From: Planctomycetota bacterium
Lineage (GTDB): Bacteria > Planctomycetota > UBA1135
DNA length: 64,000 nucleotides
Direction of reading: 5' to 3'
Assembly: GCA_003696625.1 (NCBI GenBank)
Contig: RFGR01000132.1
Span: 1,909 to 65,908, forward strand
Below the pieces are notes generated by a model. The model ran no database searches and had not been told where the DNA came from. It saw nothing but the letters and a program-made list of their open reading frames with translations. The translations under genes were made by a program, and so were the position numbers. How positions within the stretch are numbered: the first letter of the stretch is position 1; every line of letters starts with the position of its first letter. This document shows positions 9,801 through 16,871 of this stretch, one piece after another.

Positions 9801-9935
9801 CCCGCAGCCCAAGGAGCAGAGGGCGAGGCGGAAATTCCCCGCGCGGGTGACGACCCCGGCCGAAGTGCTGCCGCCGCAAGCGGGGAGCATGCCGAGCAGA
9901 CCGAGGGCGAGGAGCAGTCCGGAGGTGCGGCGCAT
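6852..9935 (-). CDS. giant lipoprotein D (1027 aa): Ig-like N-terminus, Gly-rich beta-helix-like core, unassigned family; paralog of C
   Basis: Internal ATG (residue 116 of ORF 6852..10280) gives MRRTSGLLLALGLLGMLPAC-GG, a signal peptide with a lipobox. SbsA/Big_5-like motif: NQDIVFTFNDDVDPATVSF. Gly-rich blocks include GGAGGGGAGC, DGAGGGAGGGALQIQAGG, GDAGGGGGSGGAILLQTSG and GGRGGKGSAGNHGGAGGAG. C-terminal motif: ARMVRFQIVFD...VSLDW. An alternative start at 10007 is possible. Confidence 0.8.
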   Translation of the reverse strand: MRRTSGLLLALGLLGMLPACGGSTSAGVVTRAGNFRLALCSLGCGGGTCAVNQIATNQDIVFTFNDDVDPATVSFSTISVVEVANGSTPPGEFLVSGRKVIFRPQLIENEAGIQFGFDEGANYRVTLLASPESSVVRSVIGRPNLTPISCVVSTSGIIDLVPGRPRVEITPNGDDPPTTSEFDIVMVFNDLMQKDQLVDPVTGDSPSVSVSVVDDSQPSGTVVVKVPGTFSVEFDQNALLTTLRFHPLAPFPGGMGGLRNLRVDFSSQIADIANNFLANPGANLVPLPDRTSQNGSFVESFDDGLMEDPDGSTAGLWNGVAGAVDSGYDPVAGVHKGGGSGILGVFEPSEDFVFSTDSQDMVTITGETVTITDGVFMFERIHIPAGVTVSATGSKPLRLYSRGACVIEGVLDLSGAAAPANFGKYFPRFDERLDDPVTGTSESTGGVFEFEAQGGEPGAGNCSGGAGGRGGKAWYVLDGVRDPGEPPGEPDYYDENLTSWVEGQVDPVNNPPDPNRFLAAALPTTGRWISVHGRPGQGVGAAPTGGDPELNYAQLAGERALGAGMGSWAWPPLTDAIPDAGFTTLTPIKSHFDSVSGTWEHYARHRARGGGGGGYWTEGEQGNAFVAGSVDPLLNLLPAPVNDPANGIWEFNDFLDLDAHGGGGTPDAAGGAYTLPPGIETLDPDQGLLLGGAGGGGAGCSRHGSYHDGGFRPDGLIDTFRDCDGAGGGAGGGALQIQAGGRFSLSGLVTVEGGAGGDSEFMLQLPYTDPAAILLGPPGDAGGGGGSGGAILLQTSGTLTVAPDAFRLDGGRGGKGSAGNHGGAGGAGVMRFETPTGSESLATLQGMVSPDVSVDLAPIGSPGQPNVAVLQASMPGPTGDVGVFNGNASGVVSSWFAPTNDILLLDFTGYRIQVRYDNGTGPQTITYDGDDLSPEPSTTPGTTPIWVAFQVGWGPPGASEPIAETIGDWVVPGYGTTLGGMPELRSNLARMVRFQIVFDHDQIAALIGSSPGAFFRVEEVSLDWVGE

Positions 9936-10068
9936 CGTGGTCGACAGCCGGGGCGGCGCCCGGAAACGGCGCCGCAAGCTGACGGAAGGGCGGGAGAAGT
10001 CTACCATAACGGGCTCCACGCCTTTCGGTAACGCCCCTTGGGGCAACGGCCTAGGCTCCGCCGCCGGA

Positions 10069-10962
10069 ATGTCCCGAACCCTCCTGCCGCCGCTCCTCCT
10101 GCTCGCCGCCGCCGCCGCCGCGGCCGCCCTGCCGCCGCCGGCGACGGCGCCCCGGCCGGCCTTCCCGGTCGGGCCGCCGGCCGGGGCGGCGGTGGCCTGG
10201 GAGGCCCGGCTCGGGGCCGACGCCCCGACCCCGCTCACTCCGGCGCTGGAACTCGGCCGCCGCCTGGACGGCGTTCTCAAGGACGAAGACCGGCACCGCT
10301 TCCGCTTCCAGCTCGAGGCCTACCTGGCCGGTCTCGGCCGGCGGCCGGACGCCGCCCGCCTTCCCTGGGCGGCCTGGCTCGAGCGCTGCCGCCTCGCCCA
10401 CCGTCGGGTCGCCCCCGGCCTGATGCGGGCCGCCGGTCAGGCGCTCGGGCCGGCGGCGATGGACCTGGCCTGGAGCGTCGACCGGCGGTCCTCTCCGGTC
10501 GAGCTGCGGGTGGCGGCGATGCAGGTCCTCTGGCGCCTCAAGCCGGTCGAAGGAGCGAACGCCGCCCAGAAGGCCCTGCGCGAGCGTCCCCGGCTCGACC
10601 TCCACGAGCGGGTGGTGGCCGAGGTCCTGGCGCCGGCGCCGGGGCCGCTGGCCGACGAACTCCTGATCGACGCCGCCGGCGCCGGCGACCGCGTGGCCGA
10701 ACGGGCCCGGCGGCTGGCCGTCCAGGCCCTCGGGCGCCGCCGGGTCGAGGCCGCCACCGGCGTCCTCGGGCAGATCCTCGCCTCAAGCCGGGGCGACGTC
10801 CTCCTGCGCAAGGCGGCCGGCGAGGCGCTGTATGCGATCGGCAGCCCGGCGGCGCTGCGCGCTATCCTGGCCGTGGACGACGTCGATCCCGGCGCCCAAC
10901 CGGTCTTCCACGCCTACCTCGACCAGCTTCGACAGCGGCTCGGCTATCCGCCGCTCGGATGA
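10069..10962 (+). CDS. secreted HEAT/PBS-lyase-type repeat protein, function unknown
   Basis: ATG at 10069, in frame with ORF 9571..10962; 297 aa. N-terminus MSRTLLPPLLLLAAAAAAAAL looks like a signal peptide. Repeated helical units: RRLAVQALGRRRVEAATGVLGQIL and RKAAGEALYAIGSPAALRAILAV. Divergent from lipoprotein D. Confidence 0.55.
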   Translation: MSRTLLPPLLLLAAAAAAAALPPPATAPRPAFPVGPPAGAAVAWEARLGADAPTPLTPALELGRRLDGVLKDEDRHRFRFQLEAYLAGLGRRPDAARLPWAAWLERCRLAHRRVAPGLMRAAGQALGPAAMDLAWSVDRRSSPVELRVAAMQVLWRLKPVEGANAAQKALRERPRLDLHERVVAEVLAPAPGPLADELLIDAAGAGDRVAERARRLAVQALGRRRVEAATGVLGQILASSRGDVLLRKAAGEALYAIGSPAALRAILAVDDVDPGAQPVFHAYLDQLRQRLGYPPLG

Positions 10963-11792
10963 CCCCGGCCCTCTTCGACAGTCACTGCCACCTGAGCTGG
11001 GAGGAGGCCGAGCACCCGGTCGCCGACACCCTGGAGCGCGCCCGGGCCGCCGGCGTGCTCGACCTCCTCTGCGTCGGCGTCGACCTGGCCAGCTCGCGGC
11101 GGGCGGCCGAGATCGCCGCCGCCGAGCCCGGGGTGCGGGCCAGCGCCGGCATCCATCCCAACGACCTGCCGCTCGCGCCCGGCGCTCTCGGCCGCGAGCT
11201 GGCCGGACTCGAGCGGCTGCTCGCCGGCGGCGGCTTCGCGGCGGTCGGCGAGACCGGCCTCGATCGGCACTGGGATCGGGTTCCGGCCGCGATTCAGGAG
11301 GAGGGCTTCCAGGCCCAGCTCGAGCTGGCGGCCGCGCACGGCCTGCCGGTGGTGATCCACTGCCGCGAGGCCATCGACCGAGTCCGCGACGTGCTCCGCT
11401 CCCTGGGCCGACCGGCGGCCGGAGTCATGCACTGCTGGTCCGGTCGGGCCGAGGAGGTGGACGACTTCCTCGACCTCGGGCTGCACGTCTCCTTCGCCGG
11501 CAACTTGAGCTACAAGCGGAACGAGGAGCTGCGGGAGGCCGCGCGCCGGGTGCCGCGGGACCGCCTGTTGCTCGAAACCGACGCCCCCTTCCTGGCCCCG
11601 CAGCCCCGCCGCGGCCGCCGCAACGAGCCGGCCTTCCTGCCGCACACCCTGGCCGCCCTGGCCGCCGCGCGCGGCGAAGACCCGGAGGCGCTCGCCGCCG
11701 CCACCCGCGCCAACGCCTACCGGTTGTTCGGACCGGCGCCGGCCGGCGGCGGCTCGGCGGCGGGAATGGTGACGATCTCGCCGGAGGCGTAG
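10959..11792 (+). CDS. tatD: TatD-family metal-dependent hydrolase/DNase
   Basis: ATG at 10959 overlaps the upstream TGA (ATGA); 277 aa. Motifs: FDSHCHL, VGETGLDRHW, VVIHCREA, MHCWSG and LLETDAPFL. Confidence 0.85.
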   Translation: MTPALFDSHCHLSWEEAEHPVADTLERARAAGVLDLLCVGVDLASSRRAAEIAAAEPGVRASAGIHPNDLPLAPGALGRELAGLERLLAGGGFAAVGETGLDRHWDRVPAAIQEEGFQAQLELAAAHGLPVVIHCREAIDRVRDVLRSLGRPAAGVMHCWSGRAEEVDDFLDLGLHVSFAGNLSYKRNEELREAARRVPRDRLLLETDAPFLAPQPRRGRRNEPAFLPHTLAALAAARGEDPEALAAATRANAYRLFGPAPAGGGSAAGMVTISPEA

Positions 11793-12220
11793 TCGAGCCA
11801 GTAGGTCTCGGCGCCGGAGTAGCCGGGCAGCTTCGGCCAGGCCCAGCAGCCGAGCGGTTCGCCGGCGGCCGAATGCTCCTCCCGGAAGCGGTAGCCGCCG
11901 CGGAGGACGACGCCGTCGCCGCGGAGGGCGAAGGCGCGCGGCATCAGACCACGCGGCAGACCGGCCCGGTCGTTCGCGAACAGGTAGCCGGCCAGCAAGG
12001 CCAGGGGCGGCCGGCGCCCGGAGGTGCGGGCGGCCCACACCTGGCCGCTCGAGTGGAGCATGCGCAGGGTCTCGCGCGCGGTCTCCTCGTTCAGCCGCCG
12101 CCGCGGCGTCAGCGCCCGGGGCAGCCCCCAGACCGAGGCGGCGGTGACCAGCGCGATCAGGATCAGGAGCTCGGCGAGGGAGAAGCCCCGCTCACTCCTC
12201 CTCGCGCGCCAGCTCGGCAA
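11717..12220 (-). CDS. type IV pilin-like / T2SS pseudopilin (prepilin-type N-terminal cleavage/methylation domain)
   Basis: N-terminus ...RARRSERG|FSLAELLILIALVTAASV fits the prepilin signature: Gly at -1, Phe at +1, Glu at +5, then a hydrophobic helix. The only in-frame start before the cleavage site is TTG at 12220, which overlaps the EF-G II gene by 29 nt, so the start is uncertain. Confidence 0.7.
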   Translation of the reverse strand: MPSWRARRSERGFSLAELLILIALVTAASVWGLPRALTPRRRLNEETARETLRMLHSSGQVWAARTSGRRPPLALLAGYLFANDRAGLPRGLMPRAFALRGDGVVLRGGYRFREEHSAAGEPLGCWAWPKLPGYSGAETYWLDYASGEIVTIPAAEPPPAGAGPNNR

Positions 12221-14159
12221 CGATCTTCTCCTGCAGATGCGCCGGGACCTGGTCGTAGTGGTCGAACTTCATGGTGAAGCTGCCCTCGCCGTGGGTCATC
12301 GAGCGCAACGGCGTGCTGTAGGTTTGCATCTCCGCCAGCGGCACCATCGCCCGGATGATCTGCATGTCGCCGACCGAGTCCATGCCGAGGATCTGGCCGC
12401 GCCGGGTGTTCAGGTCGCCGCTGACGTCGCCGAAGTACCGGCTCGGCACGGTGATCGCGACCTCCATCACCGGCTCGAGCAGGATCGGCCGGGCCTTGAG
12501 GAAGGCGTCGCGCAGGGCGCGGGCGCCGGCGATCTTGAAGCTGACCTCGTCGGAGTCGACGTCGTGAGCCTTGCCGTCGTAGAGCTCGACCACGATGTCG
12601 ACCACCTTGGAACCGGCGATGATGCCCTGTTCCATCTGCTCGAGGATGCCCTTCTCGACCGCCGGGATGAACTGGCGCGGGATGGCGCCGCCGACGATCG
12701 CGTCGATGAACTCGAAGCCGGCGCCGCGCTCGTTCGGGGCCAGCCGGATGAAGCACTCGCCGAACTGACCGGAGCCGCCGGTCTGCTTCTTGTGGCGGTG
12801 GTGGCCCTCGGCCCTGGCAGTGACCGTCTCTTGGTAGGCGATCCGCGGCACCGAGGTCTCGACGCCGACGCCGCGCGCCTCCAGCCGGTGGAGGCAGGTG
12901 CTGAGGTGGAGGTCGCTCAGGCCGCTGACCACCAGCTCGCGGGTGTCCGGATTCCGGAAGGTGACGAAGGTCGGATCCTCCTTGGCGATCTTGGCCAGCT
13001 CGGCGCCGATCTTCTGCTCGTCGTTGCGGCTCTTCGGCCGCACCGCCAGGCTGGTGAAGGGCTCGGGCAGGCCGAAGTCGAAGGGCTCGGCCTCGCCTTC
13101 GGAGACGATCGTGTCCCCCACCGCCAGCTCCTCGACCCGGGTGACGGCGACGATCGCGCCCGGGCCGGCGCTGTCGATCGGCTTCAGCTCCTTGCCGAGC
13201 AGGGTGGAGAGACCGGAGAGCTTGAGGTTCTTGCCGCCGCGCGGGCTGGGCACGCTCATGTCCACCCGGAGGGTGCCCTGCAAGACCCGCAGGTAGCTGA
13301 TCTGGCCGAGGTGCTTGTCGGACAGCACCTTCCAGACCCGGGCGACCAACCGCTCGTCGGCGCCGCCGCCGGCCACCGCCGCCCCCTTGACGACCTCGAG
13401 CTGCTGGGCCGCGGTCGGCATCTGCTCGGCCAGGAATCGCGCCAGTTCGGACACGCCGATCCCCCGGACCGGATCGACGAAGAAGAGCGGCGCCAAGGTG
13501 CCGACCGCCATCGCCGAGGGCAGGGCGGCGGCGAGGTCGTCTTCGCCGACCTCGCCCTCCTCCAGGTAGCGCTCCATCAGCGCGTCGTCCGATTCGACGA
13601 TGGCGTCGACGAGCTGCGAACGGTACTCGCTGTCCGGGTCGGAAACGACCTCGCCGACCGCGGAGAAGCCGGGGCCGACCTGATCGGGCAGCGTGAACGG
13701 CACCACCGACGGGCCGAACCGCTGGCGCAGGTTGGCGAGGACGGCGCCGAGGTCGAGGTTCTCGTGGTCGGCCTTGGTCACCACCACCGCCCGCGCCAGT
13801 TTGTGCTCCCCGGCGGCCTGCCAGAGCCGCTGGGCGTGGAACGGCATCCCCTCGTTGCGGGCCGAGACGCAGACGACCGCGCAGCCGGCCGCGCCCATCG
13901 AAGTGAGGGCGTCGGCCAAGAAGTCCGGATAGCCGGGCGTGTCGATCAGATTCAGCCCCGCCTTCGGGACGTGGACGACGGCGGCGCCGAGGCTGTGCTT
14001 CTTCTCCTGTTCCTCGGGCGTGAAGTCGCACAGGGTGGTGCCGTCGTCCACCGAGCCTTGCCGGCTGGTGAGACCGAAGTGATGGGCCAGGGCCTCGACC
14101 AGGGTGGTCTTGCCGGCGTCGGAGTGGCCCAGGAAGGTGGCGTTGCGGTAGTCGGTCAT
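12192..14159 (-). CDS. elongation factor G paralog (EF-G II-like translational GTPase)
   Basis: 655 aa. Divergent G1 NATFLGHSDAGKTTL, G3 LIDTPGYPDF and G4 VVVTKADH, followed by EF-G domains II-V (for example VSGLSDLHL and EPVMEVAITVP). This is the second EF-G-type gene in the window, besides the fusA in the str operon. Confidence 0.85.
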   Translation of the reverse strand: MTDYRNATFLGHSDAGKTTLVEALAHHFGLTSRQGSVDDGTTLCDFTPEEQEKKHSLGAAVVHVPKAGLNLIDTPGYPDFLADALTSMGAAGCAVVCVSARNEGMPFHAQRLWQAAGEHKLARAVVVTKADHENLDLGAVLANLRQRFGPSVVPFTLPDQVGPGFSAVGEVVSDPDSEYRSQLVDAIVESDDALMERYLEEGEVGEDDLAAALPSAMAVGTLAPLFFVDPVRGIGVSELARFLAEQMPTAAQQLEVVKGAAVAGGGADERLVARVWKVLSDKHLGQISYLRVLQGTLRVDMSVPSPRGGKNLKLSGLSTLLGKELKPIDSAGPGAIVAVTRVEELAVGDTIVSEGEAEPFDFGLPEPFTSLAVRPKSRNDEQKIGAELAKIAKEDPTFVTFRNPDTRELVVSGLSDLHLSTCLHRLEARGVGVETSVPRIAYQETVTARAEGHHRHKKQTGGSGQFGECFIRLAPNERGAGFEFIDAIVGGAIPRQFIPAVEKGILEQMEQGIIAGSKVVDIVVELYDGKAHDVDSDEVSFKIAGARALRDAFLKARPILLEPVMEVAITVPSRYFGDVSGDLNTRRGQILGMDSVGDMQIIRAMVPLAEMQTYSTPLRSMTHGEGSFTMKFDHYDQVPAHLQEKIVAELAREEE

Positions 14160-14221
14160 CGGGGACAGGGGAGGATGGGACCGCCGGCCCGGCGCGGGTC
14201 CCGGCGGCCAAGCGGAGCGGC

Positions 14222-14250
14222 GGGGCCGCGCAGGATACCCGCGCGGCCCC
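14222..14250 (-). terminator. GC-rich stem-loop (10-bp perfect stem GGGGCCGCGC/GCGCGGCCCC, 9-nt loop) downstream of the OmpA-like gene
   Basis: Read directly in the 127-nt gap between the OmpA-like stop (14287) and the EF-G II start (14159). No U-tract follows on the minus strand, so terminator function is uncertain. Confidence 0.35.
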
Positions 14251-14286
14251 GCCCCGTGCCCGGGGAGGATCCGGTTTCCCGCCCGC

Positions 14287-14982
14287 TCAGTCCAGGACGA
14301 GGATCTCGACCCGGCGGTTGGCAGCCTTGTTCTCGGCGGAGTCGTTCGGAACCTTCGGCGCCCACTCGCCGTAGCCGGCGACCCGCAGGGCCGAGGGATC
14401 GATGCCCAGGTCCTTGCCGAGGAAGTCCGCCACCGCCATCGCCCGCTCGATCGACAGGCGCAGATTGGACCCCCATTTCGACTTCTTGATCGGATCGTTG
14501 TCGGTGTGGCCCTCGATCCAGAAGGTCTTGCCGGCGTAGTCGCTGGCCAGGATCCCGGCCACCTGCTTCAGGCTCTTCCGGCCCTGATCGTTCAGGGTGG
14601 CCGAACCGGAGGGGAAGGTGATCGCCGACGGCAGCTCGAGAACGATCACCTCGCCGCGACGGGAGACGTTGACGCCGCTGCCCTCGAGGCGGGCGCGGAG
14701 GTCCTCGACCTCGGCGTCGGCGGCGCGTTGGGCGGCCTCCATCGCCGACAGCCGCTGGCTCAGTTCGCGGTTGGCCGCCTCGGCCTGGGCGAGCTGGTCG
14801 CGCAGTTCGGCGGTCTGGGCGCGGACCCGGTTGCGCTCGGCCTCGAGCCGACTCCGCTCCTGGCGGGCGATCTCGAGTTGGCGGTCCTGGTCGGCGATGG
14901 TCTCCTCCATCTCGGCGGTCTGGCAGGCCGCCGGCAACAGGAGGAGCGGGAGGAGGAGGGTGAGGAGTCGGTTGCGCTTCAT
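14287..14982 (-). CDS. OmpA/MotB-domain lipoprotein with a long N-terminal coiled coil
   Basis: Internal ATG (in frame with ORF 14287..15954) gives 231 aa starting MKRNRLLTLLLPLLLLPAAC-QTAE. About 90 aa are heptad-like and Q/E/R/A-rich (DRQLEIARQERSRLEAERNRVRAQTAELRDQLAQAEAANRELSQRLSAMEAAQRAADAEVEDLRARLE). An OmpA_C domain follows: FPSGSATL, GHTDNDPI, NLRLSIERAMAVADFL and NRRVEILV. Confidence 0.85.
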   Translation of the reverse strand: MKRNRLLTLLLPLLLLPAACQTAEMEETIADQDRQLEIARQERSRLEAERNRVRAQTAELRDQLAQAEAANRELSQRLSAMEAAQRAADAEVEDLRARLEGSGVNVSRRGEVIVLELPSAITFPSGSATLNDQGRKSLKQVAGILASDYAGKTFWIEGHTDNDPIKKSKWGSNLRLSIERAMAVADFLGKDLGIDPSALRVAGYGEWAPKVPNDSAENKAANRRVEILVLD

Positions 14983-15002
14983 GGGTCGGTTCGCGGAGCC
15001 GG

Positions 15003-15986
15003 TCAGCGGATCCAGGACTGGATCCACTCCGGCCAGGTCTGGAGGTAGAAGTGGTGGGTCGCCCCCGGGGCGAGCAGGACGAAGGCGGTGCCGAGCACCA
15101 ACGGGGGGCCGAAGGGGATCTGCCGGCCGAGCAGCCAGCCGAGATGGACGGTGCTCCGCAGGCTCCGGGCCCGACCGCGCCGGAGGCGGCGACGATGGAC
15201 GACGAGGATCATGCGGAGAATGTTCAGCAGGCCGAGTACGGCGCCGACGACGACGCCGGTCATCAGAGTCCAGGCCGCGCCTTCCAGGCCGACCAGACAG
15301 CCGACGGCGGCGAGGAGCTTGACGTCCCCGAAGCCGAGGGCTTCCTGTCCGAGAAGATAGGAAAACAAGGCCCTGATTCCAAATAGCAAAAGGAAGGCCC
15401 CGCCCCCGCCGACCGCGGCGGAGGCCAACGCCAGCAGGCGGGGCGGATCCTCCGGGCCGAGGCCGAGCAGCGCCGCCCCCCAGGGCACGGCCCCGGGCTG
15501 CCAGAGGTGGAAGGCCGGGACCAGGGCCGCCGCCAGCAGCCCGAACGGAACGCCGCCGAGGGTGATCTGGTCCGGCAGCTCCAGGTGGCCGAAATCCACC
15601 CCGGCGGCGATCCAGAGGGCGGTCAGGGCGACGAGGAGCAGCACCAGCGCCGCCGGCCCCTCGGCCGCGGCCCAGGTCTGGCCGGCGAGCGGAAAGAGAA
15701 GGGCCAGCCCGACCTCGTTCAGCAGGTAGAGGGCCCCGATCCGGGTCCCGCAGCTCCGGCAGCGCCCGCGCAGGAGCAGATAGCTGAGGAGCGGCAAATT
15801 GTCGGACCAGCGCAGCCGGTAGCCGCAGGAGGGACAGAAGGACCGGACCGGGCGGGTCAGCGACAAACCCTCCCGCGGCAGCCGGTAGATCGCCGCCGAG
15901 GCGAAGGAACCGGCCACGGCCCCGAACAGGGCCAGAAAACCGTTCCACAGCCAAGGCGTCCGGCGCAGCTCCTCCCAGACCTCCAT
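15003..15986 (-). CDS. pilD: prepilin peptidase / N-methyltransferase (peptidase A24, PilD/GspO family)
   Basis: 327 aa with ATG start. N-terminal Cys cluster FCPSCGYRLRWSDNLPLLSYLLLRGRCRSCG, multiple TM helices, and catalytic-Asp context ALGFGDVKLLAAVG. Confidence 0.9.
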   Translation of the reverse strand: MEVWEELRRTPWLWNGFLALFGAVAGSFASAAIYRLPREGLSLTRPVRSFCPSCGYRLRWSDNLPLLSYLLLRGRCRSCGTRIGALYLLNEVGLALLFPLAGQTWAAAEGPAALVLLLVALTALWIAAGVDFGHLELPDQITLGGVPFGLLAAALVPAFHLWQPGAVPWGAALLGLGPEDPPRLLALASAAVGGGGAFLLLFGIRALFSYLLGQEALGFGDVKLLAAVGCLVGLEGAAWTLMTGVVVGAVLGLLNILRMILVVHRRRLRRGRARSLRSTVHLGWLLGRQIPFGPPLVLGTAFVLLAPGATHHFYLQTWPEWIQSWIR

Positions 15987-16026
15987 GGGCCGATTGTGCG
16001 GGATCCCGGACGGGAATCCAAGCCGC

Positions 16027-16788
16027 TCACCCGGCGCCGCGCAGTCCGAGTCGGCGATCGGCGGGGCGAAGCGGCCGGCCGCCGATTCCCTCCAACCGAT
16101 CGGGCAGCTCCAGCCGCCGCCAGCCGCTCCAGAGGCCGACGCGGAGCCGGAGCCGGGACCCGTCGCGGCGGTTCTCGATCAGTTCGAGAGGGACCTGGCG
16201 CGAGGGTCCGGAGCCGGCCGGCGGCGTCAGCTCGGCCGGGGCCAGGGTCCGGGGATCGACCGGGCCGCTCAGGTCCAAGACGACGGTGCCGTCGGCCCGG
16301 ACCTCGAGGTTGCGACCGGCCGCCCCGAGCGAGAGCAGGCGGAGTTCCTCCGGCCCGGCGGCGCTGCCGGCCAGGGCGGCCGGGTCGTCGGCCGCGGCGG
16401 TTCGGAAGACCAACCGGACGGTTCGCTCGAGGATCGATCCGTCGGCGGCGCCCACCGCCGCCAACCGCGGCAGGCCGACCAGCTCGAGCCGCCAGGCCCG
16501 GCCCGGCGCCAGGCCGGCGTCCTCCAGGTCGGGGCGGCAGGGCAGGGCGGGATGGAGGACCAGGAAACGCCCGGCCACCTCGGCCCGCACCCGGGCCTCC
16601 CGACCATCCTCCGCCGACAGCGACCACGCCCCCCGCCGAAGCCCGGAGGCCAGCGGCCGGTCGAACTCCAGCCGAAGGGGCGCATCCAGGGCCACCGGCC
16701 GGCCGTCCCGGCCCGGCCAGTCCAGGAGGCGCAACGAGCCCGGCTCGCTCGCGCCGGAACAGGCCGGCAGGAGCGAGAGCAGCAGCAA
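16027..16788 (-). CDS. small lipoprotein with Ig-like (SbsA/Big_5-type) modules, function unknown
   Basis: 253 aa with lipobox LLSLLPAC-SG. It carries the same motif type as the N-termini of A-D (ALDAPLRLEFDRPLASGL; TVVLDLSGPVDPRTLAP). The only upstream in-frame start is TTG at 16788, which leaves an unusually short signal peptide, so the start is uncertain. Confidence 0.6.
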   Translation of the reverse strand: MLLLSLLPACSGASEPGSLRLLDWPGRDGRPVALDAPLRLEFDRPLASGLRRGAWSLSAEDGREARVRAEVAGRFLVLHPALPCRPDLEDAGLAPGRAWRLELVGLPRLAAVGAADGSILERTVRLVFRTAAADDPAALAGSAAGPEELRLLSLGAAGRNLEVRADGTVVLDLSGPVDPRTLAPAELTPPAGSGPSRQVPLELIENRRDGSRLRLRVGLWSGWRRLELPDRLEGIGGRPLRPADRRLGLRGAG

Positions 16789-16871
16789 CGCCGCCCGCGT
16801 CGGACCGGCGAGAACGGCGGAGGGGGCCGGACCGGGGGACCGGTCCCCTCCAGGCGGGGGCGAAGGGCGCC

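Noticed and set aside
10003-10031. Possible sigma-70-like promoter for lipoprotein D (minus strand TTACCG-N17-TATGGT)
   Set aside because: The hexamers match the consensus only weakly and there is no supporting evidence. It is kept as a note only. No sigma-54 motif was seen upstream of D.
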